Shown one piece after another: positions 54,572 through 64,000 of a DNA stretch of 64,000 nucleotides. A model generated the notes under the pieces. It was not told the DNA's origin and made no database searches. It worked only from the letters and a program-made list of their open reading frames with translations. A program made the translations under genes and the position numbers. Position 1 is the stretch's first letter; every line of letters starts with the position of its first letter. Source of the stretch: a virus (lineage: Duplodnaviria > Caudoviricetes); the IMG/VR virus record IMGVR_UViG_3300020037_009644, positions 32,001-96,000 of that record; one strand, given 5' to 3'.

Positions 54572-57478
54572 TTAGGACCCAATCAAACCGGCAACTTGGC
54601 TGCTTGATACGGTGATTTGCGGATTGTTCCAACCGGCTTTCTTGAGATAGACGGTTACAATAATCTTCGTTGTCAAGGTAAGGTAAACGTTGTCTTCTTG
54701 CAAGTTGTTTGTATCAAAGGTCAACATTCCCGTATCCTGATCAACCAGAACTCCAATACTCATTAACTGAGGGGTTACTTCTAGATCAAGCCCGGCGTAA
54801 ATTGATCCAACGACAGCTGTAAACCTAACTCGACCCAAAGCTAGATCCTCCGGTTGAACAGAAGAGCAATCAGCATATTTCATTGCCGAGTATCCTTTGC
54901 TAGTCAATCCAGATCCTCGATCAGCAACAAAAGCATCGAAAACATTGATTGAAGAGTCAACCAGGGTGGAGGTAGGCATATTGATCTCGACAATTCCGAT
55001 CTCGAAATCTTGTTTCATGACCGCGCCGTCGGGTCGAAGAATCTGTCCGGTTCCGATGATTAAGTTGTCTGGAATGCTAAAATCAGTTCTCCCAGGATCG
55101 ACCGACGGAATTGTCTCATTGAGATTTTCGCATAGGCTCGCGCTTGTCGAAGTACAATCAGACTCGTCGACGGCATTCGAATAGGTAAAGGCTGCGGGGA
55201 CCTGTCTTGTTGCTGAGGAAAGAGCAATAAGCCATGGTTGCCAAAATGGCTGGTGAATTATTTGATAGGTAACATCAGAAAATGGAACTGTTGTAAATAC
55301 CGGATCCAAATTAATGACCGGAGAAACAAGATAACCATCGTAGATAATGTCGGAAGAAGAGAGGTCGTCAAAATTTCCTTCGGTTCCGGTATATCCGTCG
55401 AAGAAATAACCATCTTCTCGACAATAAATGTAATCGTATCGTCCGGTTAACTCCTCGACGGTTAACTGAAGTGTCGTAAAAGAACTTCCTCCAGAAAAGC
55501 TATTGGTTACCTTGTTAATGTAATTGTTAAGCTCATTGAGATCTAGGGCATCAACGTATCCATCACCATTAACATCGGCTCTTAAAATTTCCAGAGCTGT
55601 AAAGTAACCGTCGATTATTTTTTGCTGGGTCGTTGATGAAGAAAGACTTTCTCCAACGAGACCGGCGGCTGCCGCCAGCGAGCTAGCATCAATAACCCCG
55701 ACGCCAAGAACATCTCCCAGCAAATTGGTACATCGAAGAGCCTCAACAATTTTATAGGCTGTTCCGGCGTTGGCTTTGTTGGGAACAAATTTTGAACCAA
55801 GGAGGTTGGTCGATAGAAGATCTGCGTCTGGATTGACGATGGTGAATTTATTATCGACCGCCATTCCTGGATACGATTGAACCTGTTCGATGGTTGTAAA
55901 TTCAGCCGGATTGGTATCTTTGACGCCACCAACAATTAAGGGCTCAGAGACGGATTGAAGAGATTCGAGATCTGATTCTGAGATAAGACTTAAGGTGGGC
56001 TCGAATTGCTGCCTCGTGTAAATCGGATTTCCGTTTCTTTCGTCAGAGGAGACCTGAGACGGAGTGCTCGTAGCTTGAATGATGGCGACGTTAAGAACGT
56101 TTTGACCGGTATCTTCGAAAGAATACCACCCGGATTCGTTGTCGATCGTTGCCCCTGTCTCGTCGTCGATTGTCGTTTTGGATAGAGACATTGGGTTGCC
56201 GGCGTCATAGCCGGCACCATCGGCAATCTTGATAGCATCGGTCCAAATTTGGAACCAAAGATCTTCTTCTTCATTGTCTACCCAAACCGACCCGGAAAAA
56301 AGAGTCTCTCGAGAATTATCGGTTCGGTTATCAGCAACCCCGATATGAATGTCGTTAAGGTTGGCTGCGCCAGAGCGTTTGATCGTTACGGCATAATAAG
56401 ATGAAACAACAATTCCTCCAGAATTTCCAATCGGAGTTCCTGAGAAAACAAAATCAACCGGCTGTAAAACGTCGTTGAGAATGTATCCAGCATCTTTCAA
56501 TGTCGACTGGTTAAAAGAAACCTGAGCAACAGGAGAGATTGAAGGATCAAATTCTATAGCCAGATCTGGGACAATGTCAGATTGGCAGGCGATAGATGTT
56601 TGCAATGGATAAATTGAGACAATTAAATCTCCTGTCCAGTTGAACTTATTTTCCTCTAATGCTCCGGAAATCTCTTCAACACCAAGGAGGAGGGTAACCT
56701 TCTGAAGATTGTCGGTCAGCCCTTGAAATTTTTGACCCACCATCGAAGAAACATCACCAGCGATTAGCTCTTTATCAGTAAGAGAAGATGTTGAGGTGAT
56801 ATTCAGTCCGTCAACAGAGTATTCAGATCCAATTCCAGCCTGAATTATCTGCTCGAGGGTTGAAGAGTCGTCTGGTTTTTTAAAGTCTCTCCAGAAAAGA
56901 TCAGGTTCGAGATCTTGAGAGACCATAATGGCGTCTCGAGAAATTTGGAAAGAAGCAGCCTCTCGAATGATGACTCTACCACCAAGATTGTGAGAACAAT
57001 TATCGTTACCCTTGAAATCGTTGAAAAAGATAGCTAAAATTTCTTTATAGTGTCTTTTGGTTACCTGGCTTTCGTTCTTGAAAAAATAAAAGCGATCGAG
57101 TTGAAGAGAACCGTCGAAAGAAAGACCGATAACGGCTACTTTAACAGAAGATCTTCCTTTGACATCAGATCCTGAGAGAACAATTTCAATTTGGTTGCCA
57201 AGATTGATGTCCGACGGCTGATTTGAAACATGAATTCCTGTCCCATCGAAAATGTTGGCAGCGACGAGGGCAATTTGATCGACTGAAAGATCGTCCGAGT
57301 CAAATAAAATGTTTTGGGTCAGCTGAGAAGGGAGAACACCGCTTCCAAAATGGTTGTTAATGACTGCGGAAAGGCTTTGATCAACGTGGTCCTGTTCGAC
57401 CTCAAGATCTTTTTGGGCAACCCGCTGAGCGTCGTGCCAAATGTTTTCAATAACCGAAGAAGGAAGGCGAATGGTCAT
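54572..57478 (-). CDS. Large virion structural protein with a dockerin/EF-hand-like motif
   Basis: Acidic S/T/D-rich 968 aa; RADVNGDGYVDALDL. Confidence 0.6.
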   Translation of the reverse strand: MTIRLPSSVIENIWHDAQRVAQKDLEVEQDHVDQSLSAVINNHFGSGVLPSQLTQNILFDSDDLSVDQIALVAANIFDGTGIHVSNQPSDINLGNQIEIVLSGSDVKGRSSVKVAVIGLSFDGSLQLDRFYFFKNESQVTKRHYKEILAIFFNDFKGNDNCSHNLGGRVIIREAASFQISRDAIMVSQDLEPDLFWRDFKKPDDSSTLEQIIQAGIGSEYSVDGLNITSTSSLTDKELIAGDVSSMVGQKFQGLTDNLQKVTLLLGVEEISGALEENKFNWTGDLIVSIYPLQTSIACQSDIVPDLAIEFDPSISPVAQVSFNQSTLKDAGYILNDVLQPVDFVFSGTPIGNSGGIVVSSYYAVTIKRSGAANLNDIHIGVADNRTDNSRETLFSGSVWVDNEEEDLWFQIWTDAIKIADGAGYDAGNPMSLSKTTIDDETGATIDNESGWYSFEDTGQNVLNVAIIQATSTPSQVSSDERNGNPIYTRQQFEPTLSLISESDLESLQSVSEPLIVGGVKDTNPAEFTTIEQVQSYPGMAVDNKFTIVNPDADLLSTNLLGSKFVPNKANAGTAYKIVEALRCTNLLGDVLGVGVIDASSLAAAAGLVGESLSSSTTQQKIIDGYFTALEILRADVNGDGYVDALDLNELNNYINKVTNSFSGGSSFTTLQLTVEELTGRYDYIYCREDGYFFDGYTGTEGNFDDLSSSDIIYDGYLVSPVINLDPVFTTVPFSDVTYQIIHQPFWQPWLIALSSATRQVPAAFTYSNAVDESDCTSTSASLCENLNETIPSVDPGRTDFSIPDNLIIGTGQILRPDGAVMKQDFEIGIVEINMPTSTLVDSSINVFDAFVADRGSGLTSKGYSAMKYADCSSVQPEDLALGRVRFTAVVGSIYAGLDLEVTPQLMSIGVLVDQDTGMLTFDTNNLQEDNVYLTLTTKIIVTVYLKKAGWNNPQITVSSSQVAGLIGS

Positions 57479-57489
57479 GACATAATACC

Positions 57490-60400
57490 CTAAGAGTAGT
57501 AATTGATTTTTGCTTTAGAAACTGCTGGCTTCAAGATGTCGATCAGTGTTTCCAGGATTTGTTTGACCTGGGCATTTCCGCTAACGTAGCCAAAAGAATC
57601 GATGACGTTCAATGTGAAGTTAAAAATCCCATAAGCTTCATCGTGAAGAATGGCGAAATCTTTCTTTTTGACAATTTCGGTGTCAAAGTTAATGATCTTG
57701 GTTGTATACAAATCTTCGATGGCTGGCAAGACGACGTCGATATTGGAGTTAAAGTTGAGGTCTTTTGATTGACCAGCAACGAGAGCTGGCGACTTTGCTA
57801 TATTGCTGAATTTGACGTTATCGAAAGAGGCATAAGCCGTATGTTTTCCAAGATAATCACCCCCTAAAAAGAGCTGATTGATCGAGTCGGCAAAATTGAT
57901 GTCGGAGGTTAAAGGCGAATCCCCACCACGCTGACCGAAGACCAAGCCTTGACCAAACTTAAAACCTTGTCCGAACTTAATGGTTCCACCCTCTTCTCCA
58001 TCAATGAACATTCTGATTTGGTCTTCGTTGTCTCGATTGTTGAAATCAAAAGTAACCATGATACGATGCCAAGTTTGTCGAGCCCAAGAGACATACTGGC
58101 TAATTTTAAACTCTTGATCATCAACTATAACCGAAAGGCTAATAAAACCATAAGGATCTTTGTAAATTGAAAAGCGATTTCCGGAAACACCTGTCGGAAT
58201 ATAAGAAATTACGACCGGAGTATTTTGATACGGCAAGGATTGCTTAAGCTGAACCGTTCTTGAATCCGAACGAATCGTTGCGTCTCCGGAAATATCTTTG
58301 TCCGAGTTGGCAACTTTGATGCTGACTATTTCCGATATTCTTCCTGATGTTTTAATTGTATTTCTGGTCAAAGAAACAGTTTCTTCTACCGTTGCTCCAT
58401 AAGCATCGAAATAATAACGAAGAGTCGGATCATTGGGAACGTCGTACCGCGGGGAGATCCAAAATTCAATTGTCCCAGAATGATTTAAAGGCAAAATTCC
58501 AGCATTGTCGATAACATAAGGTTTTTCGGTAATTAACAAAGCCTTTTCGAAATTGGAGTTGACCGAAGCTGAGGTCTGAATAAAATCTCGGTCTCCGGAA
58601 ATCCATAGATCGGCATCATTTTCAAGAGGAAGAGAATCAAAGTGAAGAAGAACAAGAGTATTTTTGTTCTTCTTGAAAGGAGATATCCTGATTGAATCCT
58701 CGGTAAAACTCATGCCGTCAATGGAAGCTGGCTCTCCGATGCGAACATCTGTCATTTTTTTATTAAGAATTCTTAGCTCGTCAAGAATACCTTTAACCTG
58801 TTTATCTCCGTTCCTCGATGATCCTATAAAAATCTTTTCGTTTTCAAATGGATCAAATGGGAGAGAGAGGTAAGAGGAATAGTCAAACTCATAAAAAGCT
58901 TCTGGAAGAAGATACGGAACAGCAATCTCTCCGGCAGTTTCCAAGGTAAAAAATCCATTGACAAAACCAGCGTTACCAAGGCTGGTGTGATAGAGCTTAT
59001 ATATCCCAGAAGAAAAATCAGGCGGGGTCGGAGATGATACTCTGACGGTGTGCTCGTCGATTCTTTCGACAATTGAATAGGTTCCGACGGCTGGTCCTGG
59101 AGAAGAAATGACGATGTATTGATTGAGATCAGAGTCGACAAAAGATCCGCTCGAATCTGTTAAAAGATCTCCGACGCCACTCAACGTTCCATATCCTGAA
59201 GATACCTGGGTAGAATATCTCAAAATTGGATAATCATTATTACCTTCGCTGTACATCAAAGAGTAAGCTTCTTTGATTTCAACAGAGGTAGCATTGGCTG
59301 TCGAATAATAAGGAGTGACAATAACGTCGACGTCTGAGATTGAAGAAAATTTGTTAACCGTATTCTTGATCCCAGCAGAAGAAAACAAAAGCGTCTCTGT
59401 CGTGCTTCCGTTAATTGTAACAGAAACAGGGGTTGTAAAATCGGTATTTGACGATGTAACTCGAACTGATAGAGTTCTTCCTTGAGTTCCGTTGCTTGGC
59501 TGATAAGTTGTCAGATTATTAGCCGTAAAGACTCCTGATCCGAATGTTGCATTGTCCGGTCCGATTGGAACGAGAGGAAGGAGGACAGAATAAATGTTGA
59601 CCTCGGAGAGATTGATCGGGGCGGGAAGTTGTGTTTTAATTATGCTAGACGAGCTGCCGTAAACAAACTGTCTTTCACGAATTCGACGATGATTTAATCC
59701 GAGGGTTCGAACCAAAATTGTATCGCCAACCAGAGCATCTCCGAGAATTGTCAAAACATCTTGATTAAGAGCATTTTTGTCGATGCTATAATCTGGGAGA
59801 TCTGCGCGAAGTCCAGCAAGTTCGGTCTCAACTCCATCACGGAGAACAGAGACAACGATGTTTTTGTAAAATGCTAATTGGCTAGAAACGACTACGCTGT
59901 AAGCGTTGACGGTAAACTTAGCGTTGTCGAATGAAAGAGGAATGATTGAGCTTAAGGTTAGTTGATTTCCGGAGACAGAACTGATTGTATAGCTGCCCAA
60001 ACCAAGCTCGGGAAATTCTACAAGATCTCCTCCAACAATTCCGCCGGTGGTGAAATTAACCGAGTCTGAATAAATGATGCTGGACCCAGCCGCAAGATGC
60101 ATGTCGGCTCCATTGATGACATTCTTGGGAACCGTTCCAACGACATATTCCGGTTTGATTGTTCTAAAACGATCAGAAGACGAAGAGATTGGTCGTCCGC
60201 CATATTTCAGAATGTTGGGGACCTCGAACCCGTCAACGAAGAGATGCATTTCGTCACGCAGATCTGAGGAAGAGAGCTTCCAAGAAATTCCGATATGATG
60301 CTTTTCTCCAGCTAACCAATCAGAGACGTCTTTGCTAATTTGACGAAGAGCTCCTTGGTTATCATAAATTGAGAAACAAAGATACCCAGAGCCATCTTTG

Positions 60401-63400
60401 AAAAGAGAAATTCTGTTTTTGTTGTTTTCTTTTCCAAAGTCAAAAATGTAGTGAAGATCATCGGCAAGAAATGAGAAACCGTCAAAAGAATATCCAGGAG
60501 AATATCCATCGAGCGGGTGGTACCCATCAATCGCTAGATAATCTGTATATCCATCCGGGGCAATTCCATCGTAGCCATCGATGTTGAGAATAAAATCAAT
60601 AGAAGATGTTCCTGATCGAAGAACGTCGAGCATCTCATTGAGACCTGGGATATATTTGACGTTGTAAACGTCTCCAGAAGAAGAAACTTTGCCAGAATAA
60701 ACGTGACCATTTAAAGAGTCGACTTCATCTTTGACATACAATTTCCAGCTATTAACGTCGACGTCGTAATAAATGAAGACGCCATAAAGAGCGGTGTAAA
60801 TTGCCGAAGGGACGCCGGAGGAAAGATCTTTTGTCAAATCGAAAGTGTTATTTATTGAATACTCTGGATTGGTTGACTCCGCTCCAATAAAGATATTAGA
60901 AGATGGGATTGTGCTTCCATCTCGCAAAAGATTTGAGAAAGTTAATGTTGCGTCGTTATCTAAGCCATTCCAATCTGGGATAATCCACGTTTCCAGGGAT
61001 CCCTCTTCGAGACGAAGATTAGAGGAAGCTGCAAGAGAGACGGTTTGATTTGATTCAGAAATATTAAGCCCGGAATTATATTTTCCAGATTGAAGTATAA
61101 GATCTCTGGTGGTCTCGATGGGATTGAAGCTGAGGTAGCTATAATTAAGTACCCAATGTTCAAAAATTGCCTCGATAAGCTCGGGCTCGATGTGAGTGAT
61201 ATTCTTGACCAAATTTTTTATCGAAGGAATTGTCGGTCCTTTGGTAAAACTCTGCAAAGCTCCCATCAGGGCGTCGCGATATCTTTCACGGGGAAGTTGG
61301 GGGTCAAAGTTATTGAGAATTGGGATATTGACAAGAGAGCCAAAGTTTCTCAACAAGCCGTCTCGAAGAGCGCCTATTTTATAGGAAACATAGTAATCCG
61401 TCCCTATGTCCAAAGAACGAAGAGCTTGATTAAATTGAATACAGTTGTCTCCAAATTCGTAGGAGATTAAAATTTGGTCAGTAACATAGGAGTAATCAAT
61501 CAGAAGGTCACCCTTGCTATAATCGACGACGGGTGTTCCAGCACCCGTCATTTGAAATGAATAATGAACGATGACCGAATCCCCGGGAGCAGGAGAGCCA
61601 GTCAGCCCAGATAAAGTAATTGTATAGCCAGAATATGAACCGTAACCATCCCAAAGCTCAACGTTGTCTGAGGTTCTGACAACGGAAGAAACTCCCGCAA
61701 GCTCAATGCCGTCACCGAGGTCTGTCAATTCGATATTCAATGGGCTCAAGATTATCTCTTGACTTTCCAAATTGATTGGAGACAAAGAGATGACGTTGGC
61801 AGAAAATGTTGCATTTTCTCCGAAGTCAAGAGGGGAGGTTGAGTTTGTTAAATTGAAGTGATCGAAGACTCCATGAATAGAAAAGACATCAGAGGTTACC
61901 GAAATTGTTTGATTGTCAACAATGTATGGAAGAGATGTATCTCCATTAAGAAATCTTTCATCCGATCTATTAAAGACGGATTGAGTCACCTCCTCATTGG
62001 TAAACTCTGAATATTCAATCGGAATAATGGTCGATGAATTGAGAGAATAATAAAGCTGATTAACTCCATAGATTTGGGAAAAGTTGGTAGTTATCGTTCC
62101 TTTTTTGTAACTGATCGACCCGAGATCGTAATCGGCATCGTTGCTGATGGCAACGTAAATTATTCCATCTGAATAATTAATCAAATATTGCCCAATTGAG
62201 GCGAGGCGATTGATATTTTGGTCTTCGGTTTCGGTTTGTCCGTCAAAGTATATCTCGGTCTCAAAAATATCGGTGTTCGAAAAATAACACGAGCTATTAA
62301 AAGAAGAGCCGATTGATTCTTCGGTTGATCCTTGAATGTAAGAGTTATTGAGAAAAGCTTTGAATACCCTAATCGAACTGGCATTAACAACCTCTTCGGT
62401 CACCAAAATTGTTTCGTTGGTCACCTGGGAATATGAAGCCCTCTCTTGCAGTTGGGTCGTTACTGTCGGGGGATTGTTGCCGGTAAAAAAGACCTTGTTC
62501 CCGCGCCAACCATCAATGCGATAAATTTCTCCGGATGTTTCGTTGTAAATTCTGAAGACGTCGGTAACCGGACCGTTGGAAACTTGAAGCGAATTGGTTG
62601 AAGAAATTTTATTCCCAACACGTTCGTTAAGAACCTCGGTGTGAATTTGAGGAACGTAATCGACTCCAGAGACGAGGACTCTTTCATAATCAAAGGTAAT
62701 CGAAGCCTCTTCTCCTTCGAGATCACGCAAGGGAGATCGAACGAGTTCTTGAGAGCTTGAATCGTAGGTGTAATCTAGATTTTCGGAAAAATATTTACGA
62801 TAGAAATAACTCGCTGCCGGAGGGAAGTTACCGGTGCCATTGTTTTGTGTTTCGCCGTAGACAAAAACCGTCCCGGTCGAATAGTCAATTGAGAATTCTC
62901 CAGGAAAAGAAGGAAGACCATCAATTCTAAAAGCAATTTCTTTTACAAAAGCTGGGTGGGCTTCAGAAAATGGTGGATCGGCTAGCGGGTCTAGAAAAGA
63001 GACACCATCGGAAGAAACTTCGACATCATTTTGATCGACAACTGGATAGTGTCGAAGAGAAAATTTGGTTAAAATTGGAGGTGTTACTTCGCGGATGATC
63101 TCAAGAACCTGAGACACTTCGACAGAATCTGGATCGATTAGTTTGCCAAGGTTTTTATATTCGTAGTCGATGTAGATGAGGTCTCCAGGTCGTGGGATTG
63201 CAAAATCTGAATCTTCAAGGACCGCGCCGGAGAGACGAATTTGATTCAGCTCCAGCGTCTGATAAACAGAGGCTAGATCTGGATCGTATCGATCTGTTTT
63301 TAACTGATAGCCGTATTGAGCTGGGTCATAGTTAAAAGAGTTTCCATTACCATAAACGATTAAAATTCTAGAAACTTTGATAACCTGAGAATATTTAACG

Positions 63401-64000
63401 GAAAGGATCAATCCCTCGAAAGTGCCTCCGGAATCAGTTAATCCGCCAGAAATTAACAATTCATTATCAATTGAAGACGCCTGGAGAGAAACTGGATAGC
63501 TAGGAAAGGAATCAAAGGATTTAAAGTCTGAAATTTTCTTGCCATCTAGAGATGTAGAAACTCGAATAATTTCATAAGCCCCCTCTTCATTCAACCGATC
63601 CCAAGGACCAGCCGATCTTGTTTTCTTTTCATTTTCAACAACCAGGGAGAGGTAATTGTCATTTTTAAGCTGTTGAATATCGTAAGAAGCTCGGGCGATT
63701 TCTGTTGCTTGAGAGTTGAGAATGTCGTTGATCAGCGGATCTCCCAAGTTGTAAATATTGTCTTGCAAATATTGAGAGAGAGATTTTTTAACTTCATTTT
63801 CTGGATCGATTGGTCCAAAAATTAGCTTGGAATTATTTATTCCATCTTCTAAAAGAAAGGCAACTCCATTTTTTGATTTGAAGCGGACAGAATCGGTAGA
63901 TTGAAAAATGACATTGTAAGCTGCCGAAGGAACCAACGATTGACAGGTTATTCTGAGAAATTGATCCTTAATCGATGTTTTTAATGGAAGAGAGCTTGTA
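57490..64000 (-). CDS. Very large virion protein (baseplate/tail-like) with LamG-like domains, partial (start beyond the right edge)
   Basis: Frame open to 64000; RERYR.AL.G.....KGPT baseplate-wedge-like segment; EG.LE.W..P, HHI..SW, LFVDG, G.LDELRI LamG-like motifs. Confidence 0.65.
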   Translation of the reverse strand, partial: TSSLPLKTSIKDQFLRITCQSLVPSAAYNVIFQSTDSVRFKSKNGVAFLLEDGINNSKLIFGPIDPENEVKKSLSQYLQDNIYNLGDPLINDILNSQATEIARASYDIQQLKNDNYLSLVVENEKKTRSAGPWDRLNEEGAYEIIRVSTSLDGKKISDFKSFDSFPSYPVSLQASSIDNELLISGGLTDSGGTFEGLILSVKYSQVIKVSRILIVYGNGNSFNYDPAQYGYQLKTDRYDPDLASVYQTLELNQIRLSGAVLEDSDFAIPRPGDLIYIDYEYKNLGKLIDPDSVEVSQVLEIIREVTPPILTKFSLRHYPVVDQNDVEVSSDGVSFLDPLADPPFSEAHPAFVKEIAFRIDGLPSFPGEFSIDYSTGTVFVYGETQNNGTGNFPPAASYFYRKYFSENLDYTYDSSSQELVRSPLRDLEGEEASITFDYERVLVSGVDYVPQIHTEVLNERVGNKISSTNSLQVSNGPVTDVFRIYNETSGEIYRIDGWRGNKVFFTGNNPPTVTTQLQERASYSQVTNETILVTEEVVNASSIRVFKAFLNNSYIQGSTEESIGSSFNSSCYFSNTDIFETEIYFDGQTETEDQNINRLASIGQYLINYSDGIIYVAISNDADYDLGSISYKKGTITTNFSQIYGVNQLYYSLNSSTIIPIEYSEFTNEEVTQSVFNRSDERFLNGDTSLPYIVDNQTISVTSDVFSIHGVFDHFNLTNSTSPLDFGENATFSANVISLSPINLESQEIILSPLNIELTDLGDGIELAGVSSVVRTSDNVELWDGYGSYSGYTITLSGLTGSPAPGDSVIVHYSFQMTGAGTPVVDYSKGDLLIDYSYVTDQILISYEFGDNCIQFNQALRSLDIGTDYYVSYKIGALRDGLLRNFGSLVNIPILNNFDPQLPRERYRDALMGALQSFTKGPTIPSIKNLVKNITHIEPELIEAIFEHWVLNYSYLSFNPIETTRDLILQSGKYNSGLNISESNQTVSLAASSNLRLEEGSLETWIIPDWNGLDNDATLTFSNLLRDGSTIPSSNIFIGAESTNPEYSINNTFDLTKDLSSGVPSAIYTALYGVFIYYDVDVNSWKLYVKDEVDSLNGHVYSGKVSSSGDVYNVKYIPGLNEMLDVLRSGTSSIDFILNIDGYDGIAPDGYTDYLAIDGYHPLDGYSPGYSFDGFSFLADDLHYIFDFGKENNKNRISLFKDGSGYLCFSIYDNQGALRQISKDVSDWLAGEKHHIGISWKLSSSDLRDEMHLFVDGFEVPNILKYGGRPISSSSDRFRTIKPEYVVGTVPKNVINGADMHLAAGSSIIYSDSVNFTTGGIVGGDLVEFPELGLGSYTISSVSGNQLTLSSIIPLSFDNAKFTVNAYSVVVSSQLAFYKNIVVSVLRDGVETELAGLRADLPDYSIDKNALNQDVLTILGDALVGDTILVRTLGLNHRRIRERQFVYGSSSSIIKTQLPAPINLSEVNIYSVLLPLVPIGPDNATFGSGVFTANNLTTYQPSNGTQGRTLSVRVTSSNTDFTTPVSVTINGSTTETLLFSSAGIKNTVNKFSSISDVDVIVTPYYSTANATSVEIKEAYSLMYSEGNNDYPILRYSTQVSSGYGTLSGVGDLLTDSSGSFVDSDLNQYIVISSPGPAVGTYSIVERIDEHTVRVSSPTPPDFSSGIYKLYHTSLGNAGFVNGFFTLETAGEIAVPYLLPEAFYEFDYSSYLSLPFDPFENEKIFIGSSRNGDKQVKGILDELRILNKKMTDVRIGEPASIDGMSFTEDSIRISPFKKNKNTLVLLHFDSLPLENDADLWISGDRDFIQTSASVNSNFEKALLITEKPYVIDNAGILPLNHSGTIEFWISPRYDVPNDPTLRYYFDAYGATVEETVSLTRNTIKTSGRISEIVSIKVANSDKDISGDATIRSDSRTVQLKQSLPYQNTPVVISYIPTGVSGNRFSIYKDPYGFISLSVIVDDQEFKISQYVSWARQTWHRIMVTFDFNNRDNEDQIRMFIDGEEGGTIKFGQGFKFGQGLVFGQRGGDSPLTSDINFADSINQLFLGGDYLGKHTAYASFDNVKFSNIAKSPALVAGQSKDLNFNSNIDVVLPAIEDLYTTKIINFDTEIVKKKDFAILHDEAYGIFNFTLNVIDSFGYVSGNAQVKQILETLIDILKPAVSKAKINYYS

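Noticed and set aside
1-64000. Alternative genetic code (stop-codon reassignment)
   Set aside because: Conserved genes are full length under the standard code, and TAA, TAG and TGA all terminate genes at tight overlaps

Overview
This window looks like a 64-kb segment of a large (jumbo-type) tailed bacteriophage genome. Genes are tightly packed and all credible ones but one are on the minus strand. From right to left it holds: very large virion proteins (54.6-64 kb); an RNA ligase plus 2H-phosphoesterase pair; a ~15.5-kb sugar-nucleotide/glycosyltransferase cluster (Gmd, DegT-type aminotransferase, NeuD/PglD-type acetyltransferase, several GTs); a tubulin/FtsZ-family gene; replication genes (SF2 helicase, DnaC-like loader, DnaB helicase); a sigma-70-family factor; class I nrdAB; three arrays of short paralogous ORFs; map, groES and nadA; tRNA-Tyr, -Cys and -Ser; several free-standing endonucleases; and fibre-like proteins. 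The most striking feature is a self-contained transcription unit at 7635-11011 (minus strand), bounded by a near-consensus sigma70 promoter and an intrinsic terminator. It carries a DUF2828-type vWA (TROVE/Ro60-like) protein gene surrounded by unannotated small RNA elements: four ~45-nt stem-loops with covarying stems and a conserved (A/C)C(A/C)GCAAA...AAA loop, a 127-nt multibranch RNA carrying the same core, two tandem CCA-ending tRNA-like RNAs with non-canonical 6-nt loops, and a long leader hairpin. I propose this as a candidate Ro60/Y-RNA-like ribonucleoprotein system. All assignments come from reading motifs by eye; no searches were run.
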